A DNA stretch of 64,000 bases from Auanema rhodensis (lineage: Eukaryota; Animalia; Nematoda): positions 124,001 to 188,000 of the forward strand of contig OZ059894.1 of NCBI GenBank assembly GCA_964057225.1, in the 5' to 3' direction. The translations under genes were made by a program, and so were the position numbers. Numbering within the stretch: position 1 is the first letter of the stretch; the number at the start of each line of letters is the position of its first letter. Positions 42,301 to 57,700 of the stretch are shown piece after piece. Below the pieces are notes generated by a model, which was given only the letters and a program-made list of their open reading frames with translations, did no database searches and was not told where the DNA came from.

Positions 42301-45300
42301 GTTACATACCAAGTGCACATCACGTGTACATTTAATTAGCATAAATTAAAGTTCACGTAAATTTCAAAGTCATGGTTACCATGCACCAATATCAATAAAA
42401 ATTTGTTTTTAGCTTAATATGGACATGGGGAATCTAATTTTGAAAACCGCATCTCTTTATCTTTCACGTGAAGCGAGTTACATACCAAGTGCACATCACG
42501 TGTACATTTAATTAGCATAAATTAAAGTTCACGTAAATTTCAAAGTCATGGTTACCATGCACCAATATCAATAAAAATTTGTTTTTAGACTAATATGGAC
42601 ATGGGGAATCTAATTTTGAAAACCGCATCTCTTTATCTTTCACGTGAAGCGAGTTACATACCAAGTGCACATCACGTGTACATTTAATTAGCATAAATTA
42701 AAGTTCACGTAAATTTCAAAGTCATGGTTACCATGCACCAATATCAATAAAAATTTGTTTTTAGCTTAATATGGACATGGGGAATCTAATTTTGAAAACC
42801 GCATCTCTTTATCTTTCACGTGAAGCGAGTTACATACCAAGTGCACATCACGTGTACATTTAATTAGCATAAATTAAAGTTCACGTAAATTTCAAAGTCA
42901 TGGTTACCATGAACCAATATCAATAAAAATTTGTTTTTAGACTAATATGGACATGGGGAATCTAATTTTGAAAACCGCATCTCTTTATCTTTCACGTGAA
43001 GCGAGTTACATACCAAGTGCACAACACGTGTACATTTAATTAGCATAAATTAAAGTTCACGTAAATTTCAAAGTCATGGTTACCATGCACCAATATCAAT
43101 AAAAATTTGTTTTTAGACTAATATGGACATGGGGAATCTAATTTTGAAAACCGCATCTCTTTATCTTTCACGTGAAGCGAGTTACATACCAAGTGCACAT
43201 CACGTGTACATTTAATTAGCATAAATTAAAGTTCACGTAAATTTCAAAGTCATGGTTACCATGAACCAATATCAATAAAAATTTGTTTTTAGACTAATAT
43301 GGACATGGGGAATCTAATTTTGAAAACCGCATCTCTTCATCTTTCACGTGAAGCGAGTTACATACCAAGTGCACATCACGTGTACATTTAATTAGCATAA
43401 ATTAAAGTTCACGTAAATTTCAAAGTCATAGTTACCATGCACCAATATCAATAAAAATTTGTTTTTAGACTAATATGGACATGGGGAATCTAATTTTGAA
43501 AACCTCATCTCTTAATCTTTCACGTGAAGCGAGTTACATACCAAGTGCACATCACGTGTACATTTAATTAGCATAAATTAAAGTTCACGTAAATTTCAAA
43601 GTCATAGTTACCATGCACCAATATCAATAAAAATTTGTTTTTAGACTAATATGGACATGGGGAATCTAATTTTGAAAACCGCATCTCTTTATCTTTCACG
43701 TGAAGCGAGTTACATACCAAGTGCACATCACGTGTACATTTAATTAGCATAAATTAAAGTTCACGTAAATTTCAAAGTCATGGTTACCATGCACCAATAT
43801 CAATAAAAATTTGTTTTTAGCTTAATATGGACATGGGGAATCTAATTTTGAAAACCGCATCTCTTTATCTTTCACGTGAAGCGAGTTACATACCAAGTGC
43901 ACATCACGTGTACATTTAATTAGCATAAATTAAAGTTCACGTAAATTTCAAAGTCATGGTTACCATGCACCAATATCAATAAAAATTTGTTTTTAGACTA
44001 ATATGGACATGGGGAATCTAATTTTGAAAACCGCATCTCTTTATCTTTCACGTGAAGCGAGTTACATACCAAGTGCACATCACGTGTACATTTAATTAGC
44101 ATAAATTAAAGTTCACGTAAATTTCAAAGTCATGGTTACCATGCACCAATATCAATAAAAATTTGTTTTTAGCTTAATATGGACATGGGGAATCTAATTT
44201 TGAAAACCGCATCTCTTTATCTTTCACGTGAAGCGAGTTACATACCAAGTGCACATCACGTGTACATTTAATTAGCATAAATTAAAGTTCACGTAAATTT
44301 CAAAGTCATGGTTACCATGAACCAATATCAATAAAAATTTGTTTTTAGACTAATATGGACATGGGGAATCTAATTTTGAAAACCGCATCTCTTTATCTTT
44401 CACGTGAAGCGAGTTACATACCAAGTGCACAACACGTGTACATTTAATTAGCATAAATTAAAGTTCACGTAAATTTCAAAGTCATGGTTACCATGCACCA
44501 ATATCAATAAAAATTTGTTTTTAGACTAATATGGACATGGGGAATCTAATTTTGAAAACCGCATCTCTTTATCTTTCACGTGAAGCGAGTTACATACCAA
44601 GTGCACATCACGTGTACATTTAATTAGCATAAATTAAAGTTCACGTAAATTTCAAAGTCATGGTTACCATGCACCAATATCAATAAAAATTTGTTTTTAG
44701 ACTAATATGGACATGGGGAATCTAATTTTGAAAACCGCATCTCTTCATCTTTCACGTGAAGCGAGTTACATACCAAGTGCACATCACGTGTACATTTAAT
44801 TAGCATAAATTAAAGTTCACGTAAATTTCAAAGTCATGGTTACCATGCACCAATATCAATAAAAATTTGTTTTTAGCTTAATATGGACATGGGGAATCTA
44901 ATTTTGAAAACCGCATCTCTTTATCTTTCACGTGAAGCGAGTTACATACCAAGTGCACATCACGTGTACATTTAATTAGCATAAATTAAAGTTCACGTAA
45001 ATTTCAAAGTCATGGTTACCATGCACCAATATCAATAAAAATTTGTTTTTAGACTAATATGGACATGGGGAATCTAATTTTGAAAACCGCATCTCTTTAT
45101 CTTTCACGTGAAGCGAGTTACATACCAAGTGCACATCACGTGTACATTTAATTAGCATAAATTAAAGTTCACGTAAATTTCAAAGTCATGGTTACCATGC
45201 ACCAATATCAATAAAAATTTGTTTTTAGCTTAATATGGACATGGGGAATCTAATTTTGAAAACCGCATCTCTTTATCTTTCACGTGAAGCGAGTTACATA

Positions 45301-46000
45301 CCAAGTGCACATCACGTGTACATTTAATTAGCATAAATTAAAGTTCACGTAAATTTCAAAGTCATGGTTACCATGAACCAATATCAATAAAAATTTGTTT
45401 TTAGACTAATATGGACATGGGGAATCTAATTTTGAAAACCGCATCTCTTTATCTTTCACGTGAAGCGAGTTACATACCAAGTGCACAACACGTGTACATT
45501 TAATTAGCATAAATTAAAGTTCACGTAAATTTCAAAGTCATGGTTACCATGCACCAATATCAATAAAAATTTGTTTTTAGACTAATATGGACATGGGGAA
45601 TCTAATTTTGAAAACCGCATCTCTTTATCTTTCACGTGAAGCGAGTTACATATCAAGTGCACATCACGTGTACATTTAATTAGCATAAATTAAAGTTCAC
45701 GTAAATTTCAAAGTCATGGTTACCATGCACCAATATCAATAAAAATTTGTTTTTAGACTAATATGGACATGAGGAATCTAATTTTGAAAACCGCATCTCT
45801 TTATCTTTCACGTGAAGCGAGTTACATACCGAGTGCACATCACGTGTACATTTAATTAGCATAAATTAAAGTTCACGTAAATTTCAAAGTCATGGTTACC
45901 ATGCACCAATATCAATAAAAATTTGTTTTTAGACTAATATGGACATGGGGAATCTAATTTTGAAAACCGCATCTCTTCATCTTTCACGTGAAGCGAGTTA
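12330..46000. repeat. Large tandem duplication within the satellite (copy 1 about 12.3-28.5 kb, copy 2 about 28.5-46.0 kb)
   Basis: Rare variants recur at offset 16192 (92 monomers): 12466/28658, 13910/30102, 15553/31745, 20091/36283. They then recur at offset 17600 (100 monomers): 20426/38026, 21681/39281, 28231/45831, 28378/45978. Confidence 0.9.
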
Positions 46001-49000
46001 CATACCAAGTGCACATCACGTGTAAATTTAATTAGCATAAATTAAAGTTCACGAAAATTTCAAAGTCATGGTTACCATGAACCAATATCAATAAAAATTT
46101 GTTTTTAGACTAATATGGACATGGGTAATCTAATTTTGAAAACAGCATCTCTTTATCTTTCACGTGAAGCGAGTTACATACCAAGTGCACATCACGTGTA
46201 CATTTAATTAGCATAAATTAAAGTTCACGTAAATTTCAAAGTCATGGTTACCATGCACCAATATCAATAAAAATTTGTTTTTAGACTAATATGGACATGA
46301 GAAATCTAATTTTGAAAACCGCATCTCTTTATCTTTCACGTGAAGCGAGTTACATACCGAGTGCACATCACGTGTACATTTAATTAGCATAAATTAAAGT
46401 TCACGTAAATTTCAAAGTCATGGTTACCATGCACCAATATCAATAAAAATTTGTTTTTAGACTAATATGGACATGGGGAATCTAATTTTGAAAACCGCAT
46501 CTCTTTATCTTTCACGTGAAGCGAGTTACATACCAAGTGCACAACACGTGTACATTTAATTAGCATAAATTAAAGTTCACGTAAATTTCAAAGTCATGGT
46601 TACCATGCACCAATATCAATAAAAATTTGTTTTTAGACTAATATGGACATGGGGAATCTAATTTTGAAAACCGCATCTCTTTATCTTTCACGTGAAGCGA
46701 GTTACATACCAAGTGCACATCACGTGTACATTTAATTAGCATAAATTAAAGTTCACGTAAATTTCAAAGTCATGGTTACCATGCACCAATATCAATAAAA
46801 ATTTGTTTTTAGACTAATATGGACATGGGGAATCTAATTTTGAAAACCGCATCTCTTTATCTTTCACGTGAAGCGAGTTACATACCAAGTGCACATCACG
46901 TGTACATTTAATTAGCATAAATTAAAGTTCACGTAAATTTCAAAGTCATGGTTACCATGCACCAATATCAATAAAAATTTGTTTTTAGCTTAATATGGAC
47001 ATGGGGAATCTAATTTTGAAAACCGCATCTCTTTATCTTTCACGTGAAGCGAGTTACATACCAAGTGCACATCACGTGTACATTTAATTAGCATAAATTA
47101 AAGTTCACGTAAATTTCAAAGTCATGGTTACCATGAACCAATATCAATAAAAATTTGTTTTTAGACTAATATGGACATGGGGAATCTAATTTTGAAAACC
47201 GCATCTCTTTATCTTTCACGTGAAGCGAGTTACATACCAAGTGCACAACACGTGTACATTTAATTAGCATAAATTAAAGTTCACGTAAATTTCAAAGTCA
47301 TGGTTACCATGCACCAATATCAATAAAAATTTGTTTTTAGACTAATATGGACATGGGGAATCTAATTTTGAAAACCGCATCTCTTTATCTTTCACGTGAA
47401 GCGAGTTACATACCAAGTGCACATCACGTGTACATTTAATTAGCATAAATTAAAGTTCACGTAAATTTCAAAGTCATGGTTACCATGCACCAATATCAAT
47501 AAAAATTTGTTTTTAGACTAATATGGACATGAGGAATCTAATTTTGAAAACCGCATCTCTTTATCTTTCACGTGAAGCGAGTTACATACCGAGTGCACAT
47601 CACGTGTACATTTAATTAGCATAAATTAAAGTTCACGTAAATTTCAAAGTCATGGTTACCATGCACCAATATCAATAAAAATTTGTTTTTAGACTAATAT
47701 GGACATGGGGAATCTAATTTTGAAAACCGCATCTCTTCATCTTTCACGTGAAGCGAGTTACATACCAAGTGCACATCACGTGTAAATTTAATTAGCATAA
47801 ATTAAAGTTCACGAAAATTTCAAAGTCATGGTTACCATGAACCAATATCAATAAAAATTTGTTTTTAGACTAATATGGACATGGGTAATCTAATTTTGAA
47901 AACAGCATCTCTTTATCTTTCACGTGAAGCGAGTTACATACCAAGTGCACATCACGTGTACATTTAATTAGCATAAATTAAAGTTCACGTAAATTTCAAA
48001 GTCATGGTTACCATGCACCAATATCAATAAAAATTTGTTTTTAGACTAATATGGACATGAGGAATCTAATTTTGAAAACCGCATCTCTTTATCTTTCACG
48101 TGAAGCGAGTTACATACCGAGTGCACATCACGTGTACATTTAATTAGCATAAATTAAAGTTCACGTAAATTTCAAAGTCATGGTTACCATGCACCAATAT
48201 CAATAAAAATTTGTTTTTAGACTAATATGGACATGGGGAATCTAATTTTGAAAACCGCATCTCTTTATCTTTCACGTGAAGCGAGTTACATACCAAGTGC
48301 ACAACACGTGTACATTTAATTAGCATAAATTAAAGTTCACGTAAATTTCAAAGTCATGGTTACCATGCACCAATATCAATAAAAATTTGTTTTTAGACTA
48401 ATATGGACATGGGGAATCTAATTTTGAAAACCGCATCTCTTTATCTTTCACGTGAAGCGAGTTACATACCAAGTGCACATCACGTGTACATTTAATTAGC
48501 ACAAATTAAAGTTCACGTAAATTTCAAAGTCATGGTTACCATGCACCAATATCAATAAAAATTTGTTTTTAGACTAATATGGACATGAGGAATCTAATTT
48601 TGAAAACCGCATCTCTTTATCTTTCACGTGAAGCGAGTTACATACCGAGTGCACATCACGTGTACATTTAATTAGCATAAATTAAAGTTCACGTAAATTT
48701 CAAAGTCATGGTTACCATGCACCAATATCAATAAAAATTTGTTTTTAGACTAATATGGACATGGGGAATCTAATTTTGAAAACCGCATCTCTTCATCTTT
48801 CACGTGAAGCGAGTTACATACCAAGTGCACATCACGTGTACATTTAATTAGCATAAATTAAAGTTCACGTAAATTTCAAAGTCATGGTTACCATGAACCA
48901 ATATCAATAAAAATTTGTTTTTAGACTAATATGGACATGGGGAATCTAATTTTGAAAACCGCATCTCTTTATCTTTCACGTGAAGCGAGTTACATACCAA

Positions 49001-51733
49001 GTGCACATCACGTGTACATTTAATTAGCATAAATTAAAGTTCACGTAAATTTCAAAGTCATGGTTACCATGCACCAATATCAATAAAAATTTGTTTTTAG
49101 ACTAATATGGACATGGGGAATCTAATTTTGAAAACCGCATCTCTTTATCTTTCACGTGAAGCGAGTTACATACCAAGTGCACATCACGTGTACATTTAAT
49201 TAGCATAAATTAAAGTTCACGTAAATTTCAAAGTCATGGTTACCATGCACCAATATCAATAAAAATTTGTTTTTAGCTTAATATGGACATGGGGAATCTA
49301 ATTTTGAAAACCGCATCTCTTTATCTTTCACGTGAAGCGAGTTACATACCAAGTGCACATCACGTGTACATTTAATTAGCATAAATTAAAGTTCACGTAA
49401 ATTTCAAAGTCATGGTTACCATGAAGCAATATCAATAAAAATTTGTTTTTAGACTAATATGGACATGGGGAATCTAATTTTGAAAACCGCATCTCTTTAT
49501 CTTTCACGTGAAGCGAGTTACATACCAAGTGCACATCACGTGTACATTTAATTAGCATAAATTAAAGTTCACGTAAATTTCAAAGTCATGGTTACCATGA
49601 ACCAATATCAATAAAAATTTGTTTTTGGACTAATATGGACATGGGGAATCTAATTTTGAAAACCGCATCTCTTTATCTTTCACGTGAAGCGAGTTACATA
49701 CCAAGTGCACATCACGTGTACATTTAATTAGCATAAATTAAAGTTCATGTAAATTTCAAAGTCATGGTTACCATGCACCAATATCAATAAAAATTTGTTT
49801 TTAGACTAATATGGACATGGGGAATCTAATTTTGAAAACCGCATCTCTTTATCTTTCACGTGAAGCGAGTTACATACCAAGTGCACATCACGTGTACATT
49901 TAATTAGCATAAATTAAAGTTCACGTAAATTTCAAAGTCATGGTTACCATGCACCAATATCAATAAAAATTTGTTTTTAGACTAATATGGACATGGGGAA
50001 TCTAATTTTGAAAACCGCATCTCTTTATCTTTCACGTGAAGCGAGTTACATACCAAGTGCACATCACGTGTACATTTAATTAGCATAAATTAAAGTTCAC
50101 GTAAATTTCAAAGTCATGGTTACCATGAAGCAATATCAATAAAAATTTGTTTTTAGACTAATATGGACATGGGGAATCTAATTTTGAAAACCGCATCTCT
50201 TTATCTTTCACGTGAAGCGAGTTACATACCAAGTGCACATCACGTGTACATTTAATTAGCATAAATTAAAGTTCACGTAAATTTCAAAGTCATGGTTACC
50301 ATGCACCAATATCAATAAAAATTTGTTTTTAGACTAATATGGACATGGGGAATCAAATTTTGAAAACCGCATCTCTTCATCTTTCACGTGAAGCGAGTTA
50401 CATACCAAGTGCACATCACGTGTACATTTAATTAGCATAAATTAAAGTTCACGTAAATTTCAAAGTCATGGTTACCATGAAGCAATATCAATAAAAATTT
50501 GTTTTTAGACTAATATGGACATGGGGAATCTAATTTTGAAAACCGCATCTCTTTATCTTTCACGTGAAGCGAGTTACATACCAAGTGCACATCACGTGTA
50601 CATTTAATTAGCATAAATTAAAGTTCACGTAAATTTCAAAGTCATGGTTACCATGAACCAATATCAATAAAAATTTGTTTTTGGACTAATATGGACATGG
50701 GGAATCTAATTTTGAAAACCGCATCTCTTTATCTTTCACGTGAAGCGAGTTACATACCAAGTGCACATCACGTGTACATTTAATTAGCATAAATTAAAGT
50801 TCATGTAAATTTCAAAGTCATGGTTACCATGCACCAATATCAATAAAAATTTGTTTTTAGACTAATATGGACATGGGGAATCTAATTTTGAAAACCGCAT
50901 CTCTTTATCTTTCACGTGAAGCGAGTTACATACCAAGTGCACATCACGTGTACATTTAATTAGCATAAATTAAAGTTCACGTAAATTTCAAAGTCATGGT
51001 TACCATGCACCAATATCAATAAAAATTTGTTTTTAGACTAATATGGACATGGGGAATCTAATTTTGAAAACCGCATCTCTTTATCTTTCACGTGAAGCGA
51101 GTTACATACCAAGTGCACATCACGTGTACATTTAATTAGCATAAATTAAAGTTCACGTAAATTTCAAAGTCATGGTTACCATGAAGCAATATCAATAAAA
51201 ATTTGTTTTTAGACTAATATGGACATGGGGAATCTAATTTTGAAAACCGCATCTCTTTATCTTTCACGTGAAGCGAGTTACATACCAAGTGCACATCACG
51301 TGTACATTTAATTAGCATAAATTAAAGTTCACGTAAATTTCAAAGTCATGGTTACCATGCACCAATATCAATAAAAATTTGTTTTTAGACTAATATGGAC
51401 ATGGGGAATCAAATTTTGAAAACCGCATCTCTTCATCTTTCACGTGAAGCGAGTTACATACCAAGTGCACATCACGTGTATATTTAATTAGCATAAATTA
51501 AAGTTCACGTAAATTTCAAAGTCATGGTTACCATGAACCAATATCAATAAAAATTTGTTTTTAGACTAATATGGACATGGGGAATCTAATTTTGAAAACC
51601 GCATCTCTTTATCTTTCACGTGAAGCGAGTTACATACCAAGTGCACATCACGTGTACATTTAATTAGCATAAATTAAAGTTCACGTAAATTTCAAAGTCA
51701 TGGTTACCATGCACCAATATCAATAAAAATTTG

Positions 51734-51793
51734 TTTTTAGACTAAGATTTTTTTTTTTTTTTTTTTTTTTATTTGACTTTTTTTTTAGACTAA
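51734..51793 (-). other. 36-bp poly(T)-rich insertion flanked by a 12-bp direct duplication
   Basis: TTTTTAGACTAA (51734-51745) - GA T23 ATTTGAC TTTT (51746-51781) - TTTTTAGACTAA (51782-51793). Confidence 0.85.
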
Positions 51794-54700
51794 TATGGAC
51801 ATGGGGAATCTAATTTTGAAAACCGCATCTCTTTATCTTTCACGTGAAGCGAGTTACATACCAAGTGCACATCACGTGTACATTTAATTAGCATAAATTA
51901 AAGTTCACGTAAATTTCAAAGTCATGGTTACCATGCACCAATATCAATAAAAATTTGTTTTTAGACTAATATGGACATGGGGAATCTAATTTTGAAAACC
52001 GCATCTCTTTATCTTTCACGTGAAGCGAGTTACATACCAAGTGCACATCACGTGTACATTTAATTAGCATAAATTAAAGTTCACGTAAATTTCAAAGTCA
52101 TGGTTACCATGCACCAATATCAATAAAAATTTGTTTTTAGACTAATATGGACATGGGGAATCTAATTTTGAAAACCGCATCTCTTTATCTTTCACGTGAA
52201 GCGAGTTACATACCAAGTGCACATCACGTGTACATTTAATTAGCATAAATTAAAGTTCACGTAAATTTCAAAGTCATGGTTACCATGCACCAATATCAAT
52301 AAAAATTTGTTTTTAGACTAATATGGACATGGGGAATCTAATTTTGAAAACCGCATCTCTTTATCTTTCACGTGAAGCGAGTTACATACCAAGTGCACAT
52401 CACGTGTACATTTAATTAGCATAAATTAAAGTTCACGTAAATTTCAAAGTCATGGTTACCATGAACCAATATCAATAAAAATTTGTTTTTAGACTAATAT
52501 GGACATGGGGAATCTAATTTTGAAAACCGCATCTCTTTATCTTTCACGTGAAGCGAGTTACATACCAAGTGCACATCACGTGTACATTTAATTAGCATAA
52601 ATTAAAGTTCACGTAAATTTCAAAGTCATGGTTACCATGAACCAATATCAATAAAAATTTGTTTTTAGACTAATATGGACATGGGGAATCTAATTTTGAA
52701 AACCGCATCTCTTTATCTTTCACGTGAAGCGAGTTACATACCAAGTGCACATCACGTGTACATTTAAATAGCATAAATTAAAGTTCACGTAAATTTCAAA
52801 GTCATGGTTACCATGCACCAATATCAATAAAAATTTGTTTTTAGACTAATATGGACATGGGGAATCTAATTTTGAAAACCGCATCTCTTTATCTTTCACG
52901 TGAAGCGAGTTACATACCAAGTGCACATCACGTGTACATTTAATTAGCATAAATTAAAGTTCACGTAAAATTCAAAGTCATGGTTACCATGCACCAATAT
53001 CAATAAAAATTTGTTTTTAGACTAATATGGACATGGGGAATCTAATTTTGAAAACCGCATCTCTTTATCTTTCACGTGAAGCGAGTTACATACCAAGTGC
53101 ACATCACGTGTACATTTAATTAGCATAAATTAAAGTTCACGTAAATTTCAAAGTCATGGTTACCATGAACAAATATCAATAAAAATTTGTTTTTAGACTA
53201 ATATGGACATGGGGAATCTAATTTTGAAAACCGCATCTCTTTATCTTTCACGTGAAGTGAGTTACATACCAAGTGCACATCACGTGTACATTTAATTAGC
53301 ATAAATTAAAGTTCACGTAAATTTCAAAGTCATGGTTACCATGAACCAATATCAATAAAAATTTGTTTTTAGACTAATGTGGACATGGGGAATCTAATTT
53401 TGAAAACCGCATCTCTTTATCTTTCACGTGAAGCGAGTTACATACCAAGTGCACATCACGTGTACATTTAATTAGCATAAATTAAAGTTCACGTAAATTT
53501 CAAAGTCATGGTTACCATGAAGCAATATCAATAAAAATTTGTTTTTAAACTAATATGGACATGGGGAATCTAATTTTGAAAACCGCATCTCTTTATCTTT
53601 CACGTGAAGCGAGTTACATACCAAGTGCACATCACGTGTACATTTAATTAGCATAAATTAAAGTTCACGTAAATTTCAAAGTCATGGTTACCATGCACCA
53701 ATATCAATAAAAATTTGTTTTTAGACTAATATGGACATGGGGAATCTAATTTTGAAAACCGCATCTCTTTATCTTTCACGTGAAGCGAGTTACATACCAA
53801 GTGCACATCACGTGTACATTTAATTAGCATAAATTAAAGTTCACGTAAATTTCAAAGTCATGGTTACCATGCACCAATATCAATAAAAATTTGTTTTTAG
53901 ACTAATATGGACATGGGGAATCTAATTTTGAAAACCGCATCTCTTTATCTTTCACGTGAAGCGAGTTACATACCAAGTGCACATCACGTGTACATTTAAT
54001 TAGCATAAATTAAAGTTCACGTAAATTTCAAAGTCATGGTTACCATGAACCAATATCAATAAAAATTTGTTTTTAGACTAATATGGACATGGGGAATCTA
54101 ATTTTGAAAACCGCATCTCTTTATCTTTCACGTGAAGCGAGTTACATACCAAGTGCACATCACGTGTACATTTAATTAGCATAAATTAAAGTTCACGTAA
54201 ATTTCAAAGTCATGGTTACCATGAACCAATATCAATAAAAATTTGTTTTTAGACTAATATGGACATGGGGAATCTAATTTTGAAAACCGCATCTCTTTAT
54301 CTTTCACGTGAAGCGAGTTACATACCAAGTGCACATCACGTGTACATTTAATTAGCATAAATTAAAGTTCACGTAAATTTCAAAGTCATGGTTACCATGA
54401 ACCAATATCAATAAAAACTTGTTTTTAGACTAATATGGACATAGGGAATCTAATTTTGAAAACCGCATCTCTTTATCTTTCACGTGAAGCGAGTTACATA
54501 CCAAGTGCACATCACGTGTACATTTAATTAGCATAAATTAAAGTTCACGTAAATTTCAAAGTCATGGTTACCATGAACCAATATCAATAAAAATTTGTTT
54601 TTAGACTAATATGGACATGGGAAATCTAATTTTGAAAACCGCATTTCTTTATCTTTCACGTGAAGCGAGTTACATACCAAGTGCACATCACGTGTACATT

Positions 54701-57700
54701 TAATTAGCATAAATTAAAGTTCACGTAAATTTCAAAGTCATGGTTACCATGAAGCAATATCAATAAAAATTTGTTTTTAGACTAATATGGACATGGGGAA
54801 TCTAATTTTGAAAACCGCATCTCTTTATCTTTCACGTGAAGCGAGTTACATACCAAGTGCACATCACGTGTACATTTAATTAGCATAAATTAAAGTTCAC
54901 GTAAATTTCAAAGTCATGGTTACCATGAACCAATATCAATAAAAATTTGTTTTTAGACTAATATGGACATGGGGAATCTAATTTTGAAAACCGCATTTCT
55001 TTATCTTTCACGTGAAGCGAGTTACATACCAAGTGCACATCACGTGTACATTTAATTAGCATAAATTAAAGTTCACGTAAATTTCAAAGTCATGGTTACC
55101 ATGCACCAATATCAATAAAAATTTGTTTTTAGACTAATATGGACATGGGGAATCTAATTTTGAAAACCGCATCTCTTTATCTTTCACGTGAAGCGAGTTA
55201 CATACCAAGTGCACATCACGTGTACATTTAAATAGCATAAATTAAAGTTCACGTAAATTTCAAAGTCATGGTTATCATGAACCAATATCAATAAAAATTT
55301 GTTTTTAGACTAATATGGACATGGGGAATCTAATTTTGAAAACCGCATCTCTTTATCTTTCACGTGAAGCGAGTTACATACCAAGTGCACATCACGTGTA
55401 CATTTAATTAGCATAAATTAAAGTTCACGTAAACTTCAAAGTCATGGTTACCATGAAGCAATATCAATAAAAATTTGTTTTTAGACTAATATGGACATGA
55501 TGAATCTAATTTTGAAAACCGCATCTCTTTATCTTTCACGTGAAGCGAGTTACATACCAAGTGCACATCACGTGTACATTTAATTAGCATAAATTAAAGT
55601 TCACGTAAATTTCAAAGTCATGGTTACCATGAACCAATATCAATAAAAATTTGTTTTTAGACTAATATGGACATGGGGAATCTAATTTTGAAAACCGCAT
55701 CTCTTTATCTTTCACGTGAAGCGAGTTACATACCAAGTGCACATCACGTGTACATTTAAATAGCATAAATTAAAGTTCACGTAAATTTCAAAGTCATGGT
55801 TACCATGCACCAATATCAATAAAAATTTGTTTTTAGACTAATATGGACATGGGGAATCTAATTTTGAAAACCGCATCTCTTTATCTTTCACGTGAAGCGA
55901 GTTACATACCAAGTGCACATCACGTGTACATTTAATTAGCATAAATTAAAGTTCACGTAAAATTCAAAGTCATGGTTACCATGCACCAATATCAATAAAA
56001 ATTTGTTTTTAGACTAATATGGACATGGGGAATCTAATTTTGAAAACCGCATCTTTTTATCTTTCACGTGAAGCGAGTTACATACCAAGTGCACATCACG
56101 TGTACATTTAATTAGCATAAATTAAAGTTCACGTAAATTTCAAAGTCATGGTTACCATGAACAAATATCAATAAAAATTTGTTTTTAGACTAATATGGAC
56201 ATGGGGAATCTAATTTTGAAAACCGCATCTCTTTATCTTTCACGTGAAGTGAGTTACATACCAAGTGCACATCACGTGTATATTTAATTAGCATAAATTA
56301 AAGTTCACGTAAATTTCAAAGTCATGGTTACCATGAACCAATATCAATAAAAATTTGTTTTTAGACTAATGTGGACATGGGGAATCTAATTTTGAAAACC
56401 GCATCTCTTTATCTTTCACGTGAAGCGAGTTACATACCAAGTGCACATCACGTGTACATTTAATTAGCATAAATTAAAGTTCACGTAAATTTCAAAGTCA
56501 TGGTTACCATGAACCAATATCAATAAAAATTTGTTTTTAGACTAATATGGACATGGGGAATCTAATTTTGAAAACCGCATCTCTTTATCTTTCACGTGAA
56601 GCGAGTTACATACCAAGTGCACATCACGTGTACATTTAATTAGCATAAATTAAAGTTCACGTAAATTTCAAAGTCATGGTTACCATGAAGCAATATCAAT
56701 AAAAATTTGTTTTTAGACTAATATGGACATGGGGAATCTAATTTTGAAAACCGCATCTTTTTATCTTTCACGTGAAGCGAGTTACATACCAAGTGCACAT
56801 CACGTGTACATTTAATTAGCATAAATTAAAGTTCACGTAAATTTCAAAGTCATGGTTACCATGCACCAATATCAATAAAAATTTGTTTTTAGACTAATAT
56901 GGACATGGGGAATCTAATTTTGAAAACCGCATCTCTTTATCTTTCACGTGAAGCGAGTTACATACCAAGTGCACATCACGTGTACATTTAATTAGCATAA
57001 ATTAAAGTTCACGTAAATTTCAAAGTCATGGTTACCATGCACCAATATCAATAAAAATTTGTTTTTAGACTAATATGGACATGGTGAATCTAATTTTGAA
57101 AACCGCATCTCTTTATCTTTCACGTGAAGCGAGTTACATACCAAGTGCACATCACGTGTACATTTAATTAGCATAAATTAAAGTTCACGTAAATTTCAAA
57201 GTCATGGTTACCATGCACCAATATCAATAAAAATTTGTTTTTAGACTAATATGGACATGGTGAATCTAATTTTGAAAACCGCATCTCTTTATCTTTCACG
57301 TGAAGCGAGTTACATACCAAGTGCACATCACGTGTACATTTAATTAGCATAAATTAAAGTTCACGTAAATTTCAAAGTCATGGTTACCATGAAGCAATAT
57401 CAATAAAAATTTGTTTTTAGACTAATATGGACATGGGGAATCTAATTTTGAAAACCGCATCTCTTTATCTTTCACGTGAAGCGAGTTACATACCAAGTGC
57501 ACATCACGTGTACATTTAATTAGCATAAATTAAAGTTCACGTAAATTTCAAAGTCATGGTTACCATGAAGCAATATCAATAAAAATTTGTTTTTAGACTA
57601 ATATGGACATGGGGAATCTAATTTTGAAAACCGCATCTCATTATCTTTCACGTGAAGCGAGTTACATACCAAGTGCACATCACGTGTACATTTAATTAGC

